NCBI GenBank assembly: GCA_965227455.1
Contig: OZ245752.1
Location: forward strand, 5,172,822-5,236,821
DNA: 64,000 bases
Reading direction: 5' to 3'
Origin: Alphaproteobacteria bacterium
GTDB lineage: Bacteria > Pseudomonadota > Alphaproteobacteria > DSM-16000 > Inquilinaceae
Below the pieces are notes generated by a model. That model ran no database searches, was not told the origin of the DNA, and saw nothing but the letters and a program-made list of their open reading frames with translations. Position 1 is the first letter of the stretch. The number at the start of each line of letters is the position of its first letter. Of this stretch, positions 55,533 through 63,708 are shown one piece after another. A program made the position numbers and the translations under genes.

Positions 55533-56000
55533 ATGGCCGGCAAGCGCCTCCTGATCGTCGGGCACGTGCCGTCCCCCAACACCCTCCGCCTGCGCGACGC
55601 GGTGGTCGAGGGTGCGAAATCGGACCCGGACCAGACCATTGAGATCGAGGCGCTGGGCCCGTTCGATACCACGCCGGAGCACGTCCTGGCGGCCGGCGCC
55701 ATCATCCTCGGCACCACCGAAAACCTGGGCTACATGAGCGGCGCGCTGAAGGATTTCTTCGACCGCTGCTACTACCCCTGCCTGGAGAAGACCCAGGGCC
55801 TCCCCTATTGCCTCTACATCCGCGCCGGCCATGACGGCACCGGCACCCGGCGCGGCGTCGAGACCATCGTCACCGGCCTGCGCTGGCGCGCGGTCCATGA
55901 TCCGCTAATCTGCCGCGGCGAGTGGCAGGAGGATTTCGTCGGGCAATGCCGTGACCTGGGCGCCGCCATGGCGGCGGGGCTGGACGCGGGGATTTTCTGA
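55533..56000 (+). CDS. Flavodoxin-like fold NAD(P)H-dependent FMN reductase-like protein
   Basis: MAGKRLLIVGHVPSPNT N-terminus and GTTENLGYMSGALKDFFDR are typical of the flavodoxin_2 / NADPH-dependent FMN-reductase fold. Confidence 0.6.
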   Translation: MAGKRLLIVGHVPSPNTLRLRDAVVEGAKSDPDQTIEIEALGPFDTTPEHVLAAGAIILGTTENLGYMSGALKDFFDRCYYPCLEKTQGLPYCLYIRAGHDGTGTRRGVETIVTGLRWRAVHDPLICRGEWQEDFVGQCRDLGAAMAAGLDAGIF

Positions 56001-56074
56001 CGCGGGATCGGTCCGTACGCACGACGGTCGCGTCCGCTGCCGCTGATCTATCCTCATACGCCGCTCTGGCTTTG

Positions 56075-56112
56075 CCATCCTCACCCTTCGACAGGCTCAG
56101 GATGAGGTCGGC
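56075..56112. repeat. Family-C repeat, single-arm partial copy
   Basis: CCATCCTCACCCTTCGACAGGCTCAGGATGAGG matches the arm of 31259-31352. Confidence 0.5.
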
Positions 56113-56243
56113 AAAGCTCGAGCGCACCGTCCGAATTGCCGACGTGACACAGCCGGGCATCGGCAGAGTGATCCAGGCGTGAGACCGCGCGGGCATCCTC
56201 CCGGCCGCCGCATCGGGGGCGATGCGATCGATGACATGGCGGA

Positions 56244-56780
56244 GTGCAATCCATGAAGCTGACGAGAATCCTGGCCGTGCTCGGCGCGGCATTCCTGCTG
56301 GCCGGCTGCGAGGAGACCCTCGACGACCAGATGACCGAGTACATGGAGTTCTATTACCCCTCCACGGGCGCGTACTGGTACGACATCGCCTTCGATTGGG
56401 GCAGCTATCTGATCACCACCCACGAGAAGCTCGACGAAGAGGTGCATCCGGACAGCGAGCGGTTCCGGGGTTACGTCACTCTGCGGCCGACCGTGACGGC
56501 GCCGAGCGAGGACCTCGATCCCAAGCTCTTCCTGATCAGCCCGCAAGGTGAGGTCTGGAGCCTCCATCGGTCGGTCGACATCGCCAAATCCACCTCGCGC
56601 GAGGAGGTGACCGTGGAGCGCGTGCAGGGTGGCACCATGACCCAGACCCGCACCGTCAATTCCGAGAGCGAGCCGGTGATCGACCATTTCCTCGCCAACC
56701 CCTCCGCCTGGCGCCGCTACGGCACCATGGTCGCCGATGGCGACGAGTACGAGTTGGAGCGCCTGGAGGCAGGCGGCTGA
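56244..56780 (+). CDS. Hypothetical lipoprotein
   Basis: Lipobox (ILAVLGAAFLLAGC); 178 aa; no family recognised. Confidence 0.5.
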   Translation: MQSMKLTRILAVLGAAFLLAGCEETLDDQMTEYMEFYYPSTGAYWYDIAFDWGSYLITTHEKLDEEVHPDSERFRGYVTLRPTVTAPSEDLDPKLFLISPQGEVWSLHRSVDIAKSTSREEVTVERVQGGTMTQTRTVNSESEPVIDHFLANPSAWRRYGTMVADGDEYELERLEAGG

Positions 56781-56963
56781 CGGCCGACCAATGAGACGTA
56801 CGGTCTGTGTTCCGCGTCACTGACGCAGTTCGGCGCACCGCTAGGATGCCCGCGCATTGAAGATCGGGCCGCCGCCACTGCCAGTCGCAGAGGATTGCCG
56901 CAGCCCGGAATCCCGCTGCGCGCTCTGCCGGAGTTCCGTTGGCGGAGAATCGCGGAGGCGAAG

Positions 56964-57413
56964 ATGGCAGATTTCAAGGTGCAACTGGACGTGCCTTTGG
57001 TAGAGCAGAAGAAGAACATGTCCTGCTGGTATGCGTCGGCCTGCATGGTCGCCTATTACCGGGAGGCGGGTCCGCGGCTGGGCCTGCCCGATGTCTGGAA
57101 GGCGAACACGGGACTCTCCTATGGCGCGGTGGACAATCTCGCCAAGGTCGAGGGGCTGAGCGTCTTCCCCCATCCCAATGTCGGCAGATTCAGCGCCGCC
57201 GACATCTATGCCGCCCTGAAGCAGGCCGGGCCCCTGTGGTGCGCCGGATTGTGGTACGGCTTCGGCCACGCCATCGTGCTGACGGGGACCGACGGCAAGA
57301 ACGTGACCTTCAACGACCCGGCGGGCGACAAGAACAAGAAAGAGACCGTCGACTGGTTCAACAAGAAGCTGCTCTGGTCGCTGAAGAACTCGATCCTCTA
57401 CCGCGCCGCGTAA
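56964..57413 (+). CDS. Papain-like cysteine peptidase domain protein (peptidase C39-like fold), 149 aa
   Basis: VPLVEQKKNMSCWYASACMVAYY (Cys nucleophile context typical of C39-like proteases) and a downstream GHAIVLTG (His). SD GGAGG precedes the start. Confidence 0.55.
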   Translation: MADFKVQLDVPLVEQKKNMSCWYASACMVAYYREAGPRLGLPDVWKANTGLSYGAVDNLAKVEGLSVFPHPNVGRFSAADIYAALKQAGPLWCAGLWYGFGHAIVLTGTDGKNVTFNDPAGDKNKKETVDWFNKKLLWSLKNSILYRAA

Positions 57414-57432
57414 CCGGTCGCACCGGCCGTCG

Positions 57433-59682
57433 CTACCGCTGGTCGAGCTTAAGCTCGATCCGGCGGTTGCGCAGGAAGGCGGCGGCAGTATTGGCCGGGT
57501 CCAGGGGCTGGAATTCGCCGAAGCCGGCTGCCGCCAGGCGCTGCGGTGGAATGCCCTGCTGGATCAGGAATTGCACCACCTGGGTGGCCCGCGCGGTCGA
57601 CAACTCCCAGTTCGACGGATAGATCGAGCGAGGCCCGACCGGCACCCGGTCCGTGTGCCCGTCGACCCGCAGGATCCAGTCGACCTCGTCGGGAATGTCG
57701 CGGGCGATCTCCAGCAGTGTGCCGGCGAAGCGGGCCAGCTGCTCCTTGCCGCCGGGCTGCAAGGTGGCGAAGCCGGACGGGAAGAGCACTTCCGATTGGA
57801 ATACGAAGCGGTCGCCGACGACGCGGATATCGTCGCGCTGGCCGATCACCTCGCGCAGCCGGCCGAAGAATTCCGAGCGGTAGCGGCTCAGCTCCTCGAC
57901 CCGGCGCACCAGGGCCTGGTTCAGCCGGGCGTTCAGGTTGGCAATCTCGATGTCGCGCTCGCCGACCGAGGCTTCCGACGCTTCCAACTGCGCCTGCACC
58001 TGGGCCAGCTGGTCGCGCAGGCTCTGGATCTGGTCGTTGAGCCGGGCGACCAGGGCGCGGGATTCGGTCGACAGGCGGACCTCTTCCTCCAGGGCGGCCT
58101 CGGTGGTCCCGAGCGCCGTCAGCAGCTCCTCGATGCGGATGTCGCGGTCGTCGATCTCGCGCTGCGCCAGGGTGGTGCGCTCCTCGGCATCGCTCAGGGA
58201 GGTCTCCAGCGCCAGGCTGCGGTCGCGCAGCGCGGCCAGCTCCTGCATCAGCCGGTCGCGCTCCTCGATGGTCAGCCGCAACTCGACGGTCAGGGCGCTG
58301 GCCTGCTCGGCCGCTGCATCCAAGGCCGTCGCCGTTTCATCTCGGGCCGCGGCGGCGGCATCGCGTTCTTCCGTCAGCGTGCCGATGGCGACTTCCCGGG
58401 ACGCCAGCAGGTCGCGAAGCTGCAGGATCTCCTCGTCGCTGATGCGCAGACGGTTGGTCAGCTCGCTCTCGCTGGCCTGGGAGGCCGCCAGCGCCTCGGC
58501 CAAGGCCAACTGCTCACCCTGCAGGGCCTGCAGCTCGGCGCGGATGCCGGCGATATCGGCCTCGCGATCCTCCAGCGAGGTCATCAGCAGGCGGTTGTCC
58601 GAGCGGCTTTCTTCCAGCGCCGCGGTGAGGGTATCGATATCCGCCTGGCTCAGTTCCAGGGACGCGATCGCCTCGGCGCGTTCGCGGCCGGTGGTCTCCA
58701 ATTCGGCCCGGAGATCGGCCAGGGTGGCGTCGCGCTCCTCAAGCGACACGGTCAGCGTAGCGTTGTTCGCCCGGGCCTCCTCCAGCGCCGCGGTCAGTGT
58801 ATCAATATCGGCCTGGCTCAGCTCCAGCGCCGCGACCGCCTCGGCGGTCTCCTGCCGACTGGCCTCCAGGGCCGCCTCCAGCTCCGCCAGGGTGGCGTTG
58901 CGGTCCTCCAAGGTCGCGGTCAGGGTCGCGTTGTCGGCCTGGCTCTCCTCCAGCGCTGCCGTCAGCCGGTCGATGTCGCCCTGGCGCAATTCCAGGGTGG
59001 CGACCAGCTCCTCGTTCTCCGCCCGGCTCTCGGCCAGCTGCTGCTCCAGAAGCGCCTGCAGCGACAGCGCCTCGTCCAGGGAGACGCCAAGCGCCTCCGC
59101 CTCCGCTTCCGCCGCCCGCAGCAGCAGGGTCATGGAGGCGATCTCGATCTCCAGCGTGTCGCGCGCGGCGCGCAGCGCCTGGATATCGGCCTGCAGGCTG
59201 GCGATCTCCCGCAGCCTGAGCTCGATCGTCTCGCGGTCGGCGTCGATGGTCTGGTAGGCGTCGGCCAGTTCGGCCTCGATGGCGGCGACGTCTTCGGCCA
59301 GGGCTTCGCGGCTGGCCAGCGCATCCGCCAGACGCTGCGACAGCGACAATTGCTCGGCCTGCAGCGCGCCGATCTCCTCGCCCAGCGCGTCGCGCTCGCC
59401 GATGATGCCCTGCAATTCGGCGGAGAGCTGCGCGTAGCTGGCGCGCAGATCGGCGTTTTCGGACCGCTCCAGCCCCAGCAGCTCGTTCAGCTCGCTGATC
59501 TGACGGTTCAGCCGCTCCACCATCTCCTCGCGGCCGGACAGCGCGTTGGACAGGTAGAACTGCGCCACCATGAAGACCATCAGCACGAAGATGACCACCA
59601 TCAGCAGCGCCGCCAGGGCATCGACGAAGCCCGGCCAGATGTTGATGCTGCGATGGCTGGAACGGCGCGAGACAGCGAACAT
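57433..59682 (-). CDS. MotB-like protein: N-terminal TM anchor, ~550-aa periplasmic coiled coil with internal repeats, C-terminal OmpA/MotB peptidoglycan-binding domain
   Basis: TM (IWPGFVDALAALLMVVIFVLMVFMV), reiterated ALE...LSQADIDTLTAALEE.R.NNATLT blocks, and an OmpA-like C-terminus (RVDGHTDRVP ... NRRIELKL). Confidence 0.8.
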   Translation of the reverse strand: MFAVSRRSSHRSINIWPGFVDALAALLMVVIFVLMVFMVAQFYLSNALSGREEMVERLNRQISELNELLGLERSENADLRASYAQLSAELQGIIGERDALGEEIGALQAEQLSLSQRLADALASREALAEDVAAIEAELADAYQTIDADRETIELRLREIASLQADIQALRAARDTLEIEIASMTLLLRAAEAEAEALGVSLDEALSLQALLEQQLAESRAENEELVATLELRQGDIDRLTAALEESQADNATLTATLEDRNATLAELEAALEASRQETAEAVAALELSQADIDTLTAALEEARANNATLTVSLEERDATLADLRAELETTGRERAEAIASLELSQADIDTLTAALEESRSDNRLLMTSLEDREADIAGIRAELQALQGEQLALAEALAASQASESELTNRLRISDEEILQLRDLLASREVAIGTLTEERDAAAAARDETATALDAAAEQASALTVELRLTIEERDRLMQELAALRDRSLALETSLSDAEERTTLAQREIDDRDIRIEELLTALGTTEAALEEEVRLSTESRALVARLNDQIQSLRDQLAQVQAQLEASEASVGERDIEIANLNARLNQALVRRVEELSRYRSEFFGRLREVIGQRDDIRVVGDRFVFQSEVLFPSGFATLQPGGKEQLARFAGTLLEIARDIPDEVDWILRVDGHTDRVPVGPRSIYPSNWELSTARATQVVQFLIQQGIPPQRLAAAGFGEFQPLDPANTAAAFLRNRRIELKLDQR

Positions 59683-59727
59683 AGGTCAGATGGCCATTCG
59701 CCGGTGCGAATGAAGCGGGTTCCTAAG

Positions 59728-59866
59728 CCCCCTCACCCTCCCGCTACGCGGGTCCCTCCCTCTCTCGCAAGGGGAGAGGGGCAACAAAGATTGCGCGCTA
59801 CCTATCCCCTCTCCCCTTGCGGGAGAGGGAGGGACCCGCGCGTCAGCGTGGGAGGGTGAGGGGGCT
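59728..59866. repeat. Family-B palindromic repeat element, copy 5 (between the MotA-like and MotB-like genes)
   Basis: Same core as the other family-B copies. Confidence 0.8.
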
Positions 59867-59903
59867 TCGAAAATCACTTCGGGGTTGCCCGTCCGACTCC
59901 GCT

Positions 59904-61055
59904 TTACTGCGTCTCTTCGGCCAGCGCCGCGATGGTGCGGGCCAGGAGTTTGATCTCGCCTCGGATCTCGCCAATGATCTGGTCGCGGCTGGACGGCAGA
60001 TCGTCCATCAGCCGGTGCATGTAGACGTCCAGATTGCGCACGTGCTGGCGGGTGGATTCGTCCAGCAGCAGGCCGCCATCGCTCATCCCGTCGGCCAGCT
60101 TGGTCAGCACCGGCTTCAACTCCATCTGGCTCTCCGCCAGCCGGATCATCAGGTTCTGCTCGGTGCGCATCTGGTCGGTCAGGGTGCCCAGCCGCTCGGT
60201 CAGCGCCATCAGATTGGCGTTGCCCTGTTTTCGGTTCTCCTCGCCCTGGCTCATCACCCGGCGCAGGGTGTCCAAGTTTTCCGCCGTTTGCTCGATCAGC
60301 GCCTGCAGATAGGCCGGGACGCTGCCCTCGCCCTCGCCGGTGAAGGCGCCGCCGGTGGTCACCCGGGCGGCGCCGGACAGCCAGTCCTCCAGGTCGTTGT
60401 AGAAGCGGTTCTGGGCCTGGGTCGCCTGCAACTCGAGAAAACCGAGGACCAGGGAGCCGGCCAGGCCGAACAGCGACGAGCTGAAGGCGGTGCCCATGCC
60501 GCCCAGCGGCGCCTCCAGCCCGGCTTTCAGGTCGCCGAACACCAGGGCCAGGTCGCCCCCTTCTATGCTGAGCCCGGCGATAACGTCGGCCACCGCCGCG
60601 ATGGTCTTCAGCAGGCCCCAGAAGGTGCCAAGCAGACCGAGGAAGATCAGCATGCCGATCAGGTAGCGCGACATCTCGCGGTTCTCGTCCAGCCGGGCGT
60701 GGATGCCGTCCAGCAGCGACCGCATGGACATGGCCGTCAGGCGGAGCTGGCCCTGCTGCTCGCTCAGCATCTTGGCCATCGGGCCGAGCAGGCGCGGCGG
60801 CGGTGCCACCGTCTCCCGCTGTTCCGCGTCCCGGGACGCCTGGAATTGCTCCATCCAGGCCGCCTCCGGTCGCAGCACCATCACCGAACGCACGGTGTAG
60901 ACGACGCCGACCAGGAACAGCAGCACGATCAGGCCGTTCAGCCACGGATTGGCCAGGAAGGCCTGCGCTACGCCGACCCAGAGCACCCCGGCCACGCCAG
61001 CCACGAAGGCCAGGCAGACCGCCATTCTGAACAGATACGGCGTAAAGCGGATCAT
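59904..61055 (-). CDS. MotA/TolQ/ExbB-family proton-channel protein with a ~150-aa C-terminal coiled-coil extension
   Basis: TM helices and the MotA/TolQ/ExbB core (LIGMLIFLGLLGTFWGLL ... GGMGTAFSSSLFGLAGSLVLGFL); 383 aa. Confidence 0.8.
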   Translation of the reverse strand: MIRFTPYLFRMAVCLAFVAGVAGVLWVGVAQAFLANPWLNGLIVLLFLVGVVYTVRSVMVLRPEAAWMEQFQASRDAEQRETVAPPPRLLGPMAKMLSEQQGQLRLTAMSMRSLLDGIHARLDENREMSRYLIGMLIFLGLLGTFWGLLKTIAAVADVIAGLSIEGGDLALVFGDLKAGLEAPLGGMGTAFSSSLFGLAGSLVLGFLELQATQAQNRFYNDLEDWLSGAARVTTGGAFTGEGEGSVPAYLQALIEQTAENLDTLRRVMSQGEENRKQGNANLMALTERLGTLTDQMRTEQNLMIRLAESQMELKPVLTKLADGMSDGGLLLDESTRQHVRNLDVYMHRLMDDLPSSRDQIIGEIRGEIKLLARTIAALAEETQ

Positions 61056-61115
61056 GCGGGATCTCTGGTTGCGCTGTCGGTGCCGGATGGCGTGCGGGGC
61101 ATCAACGGGTCGACA

Positions 61116-61943
61116 TCAGTTGATCAGCAGCAGGTCGACGCGTTCCGGCGGGCCCTCGATCGAGGTGTTGCCCAGGGCGCGCACATCGATCCGGCTGCCT
61201 CGCACGCCGCGGTCGAACAGGTAGTTGCGCACCGCAAGGGCGCGTTGCAGCGACAGCAGCCGGGCCCGGGAGGCGGTGTCGGGCGTGCCGCCGGCATAGG
61301 CCTGCACGCTGAGCCTGAGGTCGCTGTGCTCCGACATGCGCTCGGCCAGGGTGTCCAGCAGCCGCTCGCCGGTCTCGCTGAGCGCGGTGCGGTCGTCGGA
61401 GAACAGGATCCGGAAGCCGTCGCCGTTCGGTAGCGCCGAAATCGTGTCGGCGGTCGCCTCGACATCGACATTGGCGCCGACCAGCTTCTCGGACGGAGTC
61501 GGGCTCGGCGCCGTCGACCGGGCGCCCACCTGCCGCAGAAGTTCGGCTCCGGCGGTCACCGGTATCGGCCGTTGCCACAGCACCGGCGCGGTCGAGACCT
61601 CGGGAATCGGGACCACCGGCGCCAGCCGGCCGGATCCGGTCGGACGGGCCGCGGGAGCGGGTTCGGCGGCCGGCGCGGGTGCGGCAGTGGGTGCCGCCAG
61701 GACCCGGCGCGGCCGTATCGGCGGGGCCGGCGGCCGGTGGCCGGGAAGCGGCGGGACCCAGCCCGGGCCGGTTGGACCGTCCAGCGCATCTAGCACGCTC
61801 AGATCCACGAAGACCGCCGGGCGATCCGCCGCATGGGCACAAGGGGCGAGGGCAAGGACAAACGCCGTCAGCGCCGCTACAAGCGCGGTTCGAGACGACC
61901 GGCCCATCAGCCCGATCCGTGTTGAAATGTCAGAACCCACCAA
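61116..61943 (-). CDS. Secreted proline-rich protein with a C-terminal OmpA-like peptidoglycan-binding domain
   Basis: Signal peptide (ALVAALTAFVLALAPCAHA), a Pro/Ala-rich linker, and an OmpA-like C-terminus (LSVQAYAGGTPDTASRARLLSLQRALAVRNYL). Confidence 0.7.
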   Translation of the reverse strand: MVGSDISTRIGLMGRSSRTALVAALTAFVLALAPCAHAADRPAVFVDLSVLDALDGPTGPGWVPPLPGHRPPAPPIRPRRVLAAPTAAPAPAAEPAPAARPTGSGRLAPVVPIPEVSTAPVLWQRPIPVTAGAELLRQVGARSTAPSPTPSEKLVGANVDVEATADTISALPNGDGFRILFSDDRTALSETGERLLDTLAERMSEHSDLRLSVQAYAGGTPDTASRARLLSLQRALAVRNYLFDRGVRGSRIDVRALGNTSIEGPPERVDLLLIN

Positions 61944-62150
61944 GACGAAACCGCAACCGCCTCCCGATCACCGCACAGCCAATCGCCAGGTGGCTGTCCG
62001 GGCGCAGCCGCGCAGCGGCAAACATCGATGCCCGGAATACGCCCGGGCGACGCCGCGACCATAGCGTATGCCCTTTGCGACCGACAACCGAATTGCGGGG
62101 ATTTGCGGGTGTACGTGTGCCGGTACGGCGGCATCCGGCCGGGCTATTCG

Positions 62151-62972
62151 TCAGGCCGTGGCGGCCCTTGCCAGCCCCTCACGGGCGCCGCGCAGCACCT
62201 TGCCGACCTGGACGTGCAGATGGGTGTTGGCGGCCAGCAGGCTGCCGCCATGCAGCGGATTGCGGCCACCGCCGATCTCGGTGACATAGCCCCCGGCCTC
62301 CTTGACCAGGATGATGCCGGCGGCGACATCCCAGGCGTTCAGCCCGGTCTCCCAGAAGCCGTCGAAGCGCCCGGCGGCGACAAAGGCCAGGTCCAGCGCG
62401 GCAGAACCGAAGCGGCGCACGCCGGCGATGGTCGGCATCAGCGCCGTGAGCTCCGCCTGGAAGGTATCGGTGTCGCCATGGCCGAGGAAGGGCGCGCCGG
62501 TGCCCAGCACCGCTTCCTCCATGCGCCGCCGGCCCGAGACCCTGAGCCGCCGGTCGTTCAGATAGGCGCCCTGGCCCTTCTCGGCCCAGTACATCTCGTC
62601 GGTGACCGGGTTGTAGACGACGCCGGCGATGATTTCGCCGTCGCGCTCCACCGCGATGGAGATCGACCAGTGCGGGATGCCGTGCAGGAAGTTGGTGGTG
62701 CCGTCCAGCGGGTCGACGACCCAGCGATGGCTGGCATCGCTGCCGGCCTTGGCGCCGCTCTCCTCCATCAGCAGGCCGTAGGTCGGCCGCGCCTTGGTCA
62801 GCTCGGCCCTGAGCGCCTTCTCGGCCTTCAGATCGGCGGTCGAGACGAAATCGGCCGGGCCCTTCTGGGAGACCTGCAGCTGCTCGACCTCGCCGAAATC
62901 GCGCACCAGACCGCGCGCCGCCTTGCCGGCCGCCTTGGTCATCACATTGATCAGTGCCGAGCGGACGGCCAT
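62151..62972 (-). CDS. suhB: Inositol monophosphatase family protein
   Basis: WVVDPLDGTTNFLHG and metal-binding motifs; 273 aa. Confidence 0.85.
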   Translation of the reverse strand: MAVRSALINVMTKAAGKAARGLVRDFGEVEQLQVSQKGPADFVSTADLKAEKALRAELTKARPTYGLLMEESGAKAGSDASHRWVVDPLDGTTNFLHGIPHWSISIAVERDGEIIAGVVYNPVTDEMYWAEKGQGAYLNDRRLRVSGRRRMEEAVLGTGAPFLGHGDTDTFQAELTALMPTIAGVRRFGSAALDLAFVAAGRFDGFWETGLNAWDVAAGIILVKEAGGYVTEIGGGRNPLHGGSLLAANTHLHVQVGKVLRGAREGLARAATA

Positions 62973-63034
62973 CTTGAACCCGCCAATGCCAGAGTTTCGA
63001 TTTGCCTGGAGCGACCTGCCGCCCCCAGGCGGGA

Positions 63035-63601
63035 CTAGTCCTTCGCGCGTTCCGCGTAGGTGTTGTCGGCGGTGTTCACGACGATGCGGGTGCCGACTTC
63101 GATATGGGGCGGCACCATCACCTTCACGCCGTTTTCGACGATGGCCGGCTTGTAGGAGGACGAGGCCGTCTGGCCCTTCACCACCGGCTCGGCCTCGGTC
63201 ACCTCCAGCACCACCGTGGCCGGCAATTCGACCGACAGCGGCGTGCCTTCATGGCTGGTGACGGTGCAGACCATGCCTTCCTGCAGGAACACCGCCTGAT
63301 CGCCCAGCGCCTCGCGGTCGATGGTGATCTGCTCGTAGCTCTCATTGTCCATGAAGGTCAGGCTGTCGCCCTCGGCGAACAGGAACTGCATCTCCGCCTC
63401 GTCCAGCCGGGCCCGCTCCACCGTCTCCTGGGTCCGCCAGCGATTGTTCGTCTTGGTGCCGGTGCGGATGTCCTTCATCTCGACCTGGATGACCGCATTG
63501 CCCTTGCCGGGTTGGATCAGATCGATCTTGGTCACCAGCATCAGCTTGCCTTCGTAGTCGAGCACGTTGCCGGGACGGATGGTGATGGCATTGACCTTCA
63601 T
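63035..63601 (-). CDS. efp: Elongation factor P
   Basis: 188 aa with an EF-P KOW-like N-terminus (GNVLDYEGKLMLVTK ... KPGKGNA). Confidence 0.9.
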   Translation of the reverse strand: MKVNAITIRPGNVLDYEGKLMLVTKIDLIQPGKGNAVIQVEMKDIRTGTKTNNRWRTQETVERARLDEAEMQFLFAEGDSLTFMDNESYEQITIDREALGDQAVFLQEGMVCTVTSHEGTPLSVELPATVVLEVTEAEPVVKGQTASSSYKPAIVENGVKVMVPPHIEVGTRIVVNTADNTYAERAKD

Positions 63602-63708
63602 GCCGAAGCCTGCTTTTCAAGAGGGACGGGGTGTGCAGCGCCGAGCGCGGCGCGGAACCTATCAGCAAGCCATTTCCAAGGCAACGGCGGGAAAGGCCGC
63701 ATCGCGGG

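Noticed and set aside
57433-61943. Calling the MotA/MotB-like module a Zorya system
   Set aside because: The long coiled coil is on the MotB-like rather than the MotA-like protein, the MotA-like protein is only 383 aa, and no ZorC/ZorD-like effector genes follow. It is reported as Zorya-like and unassigned instead.
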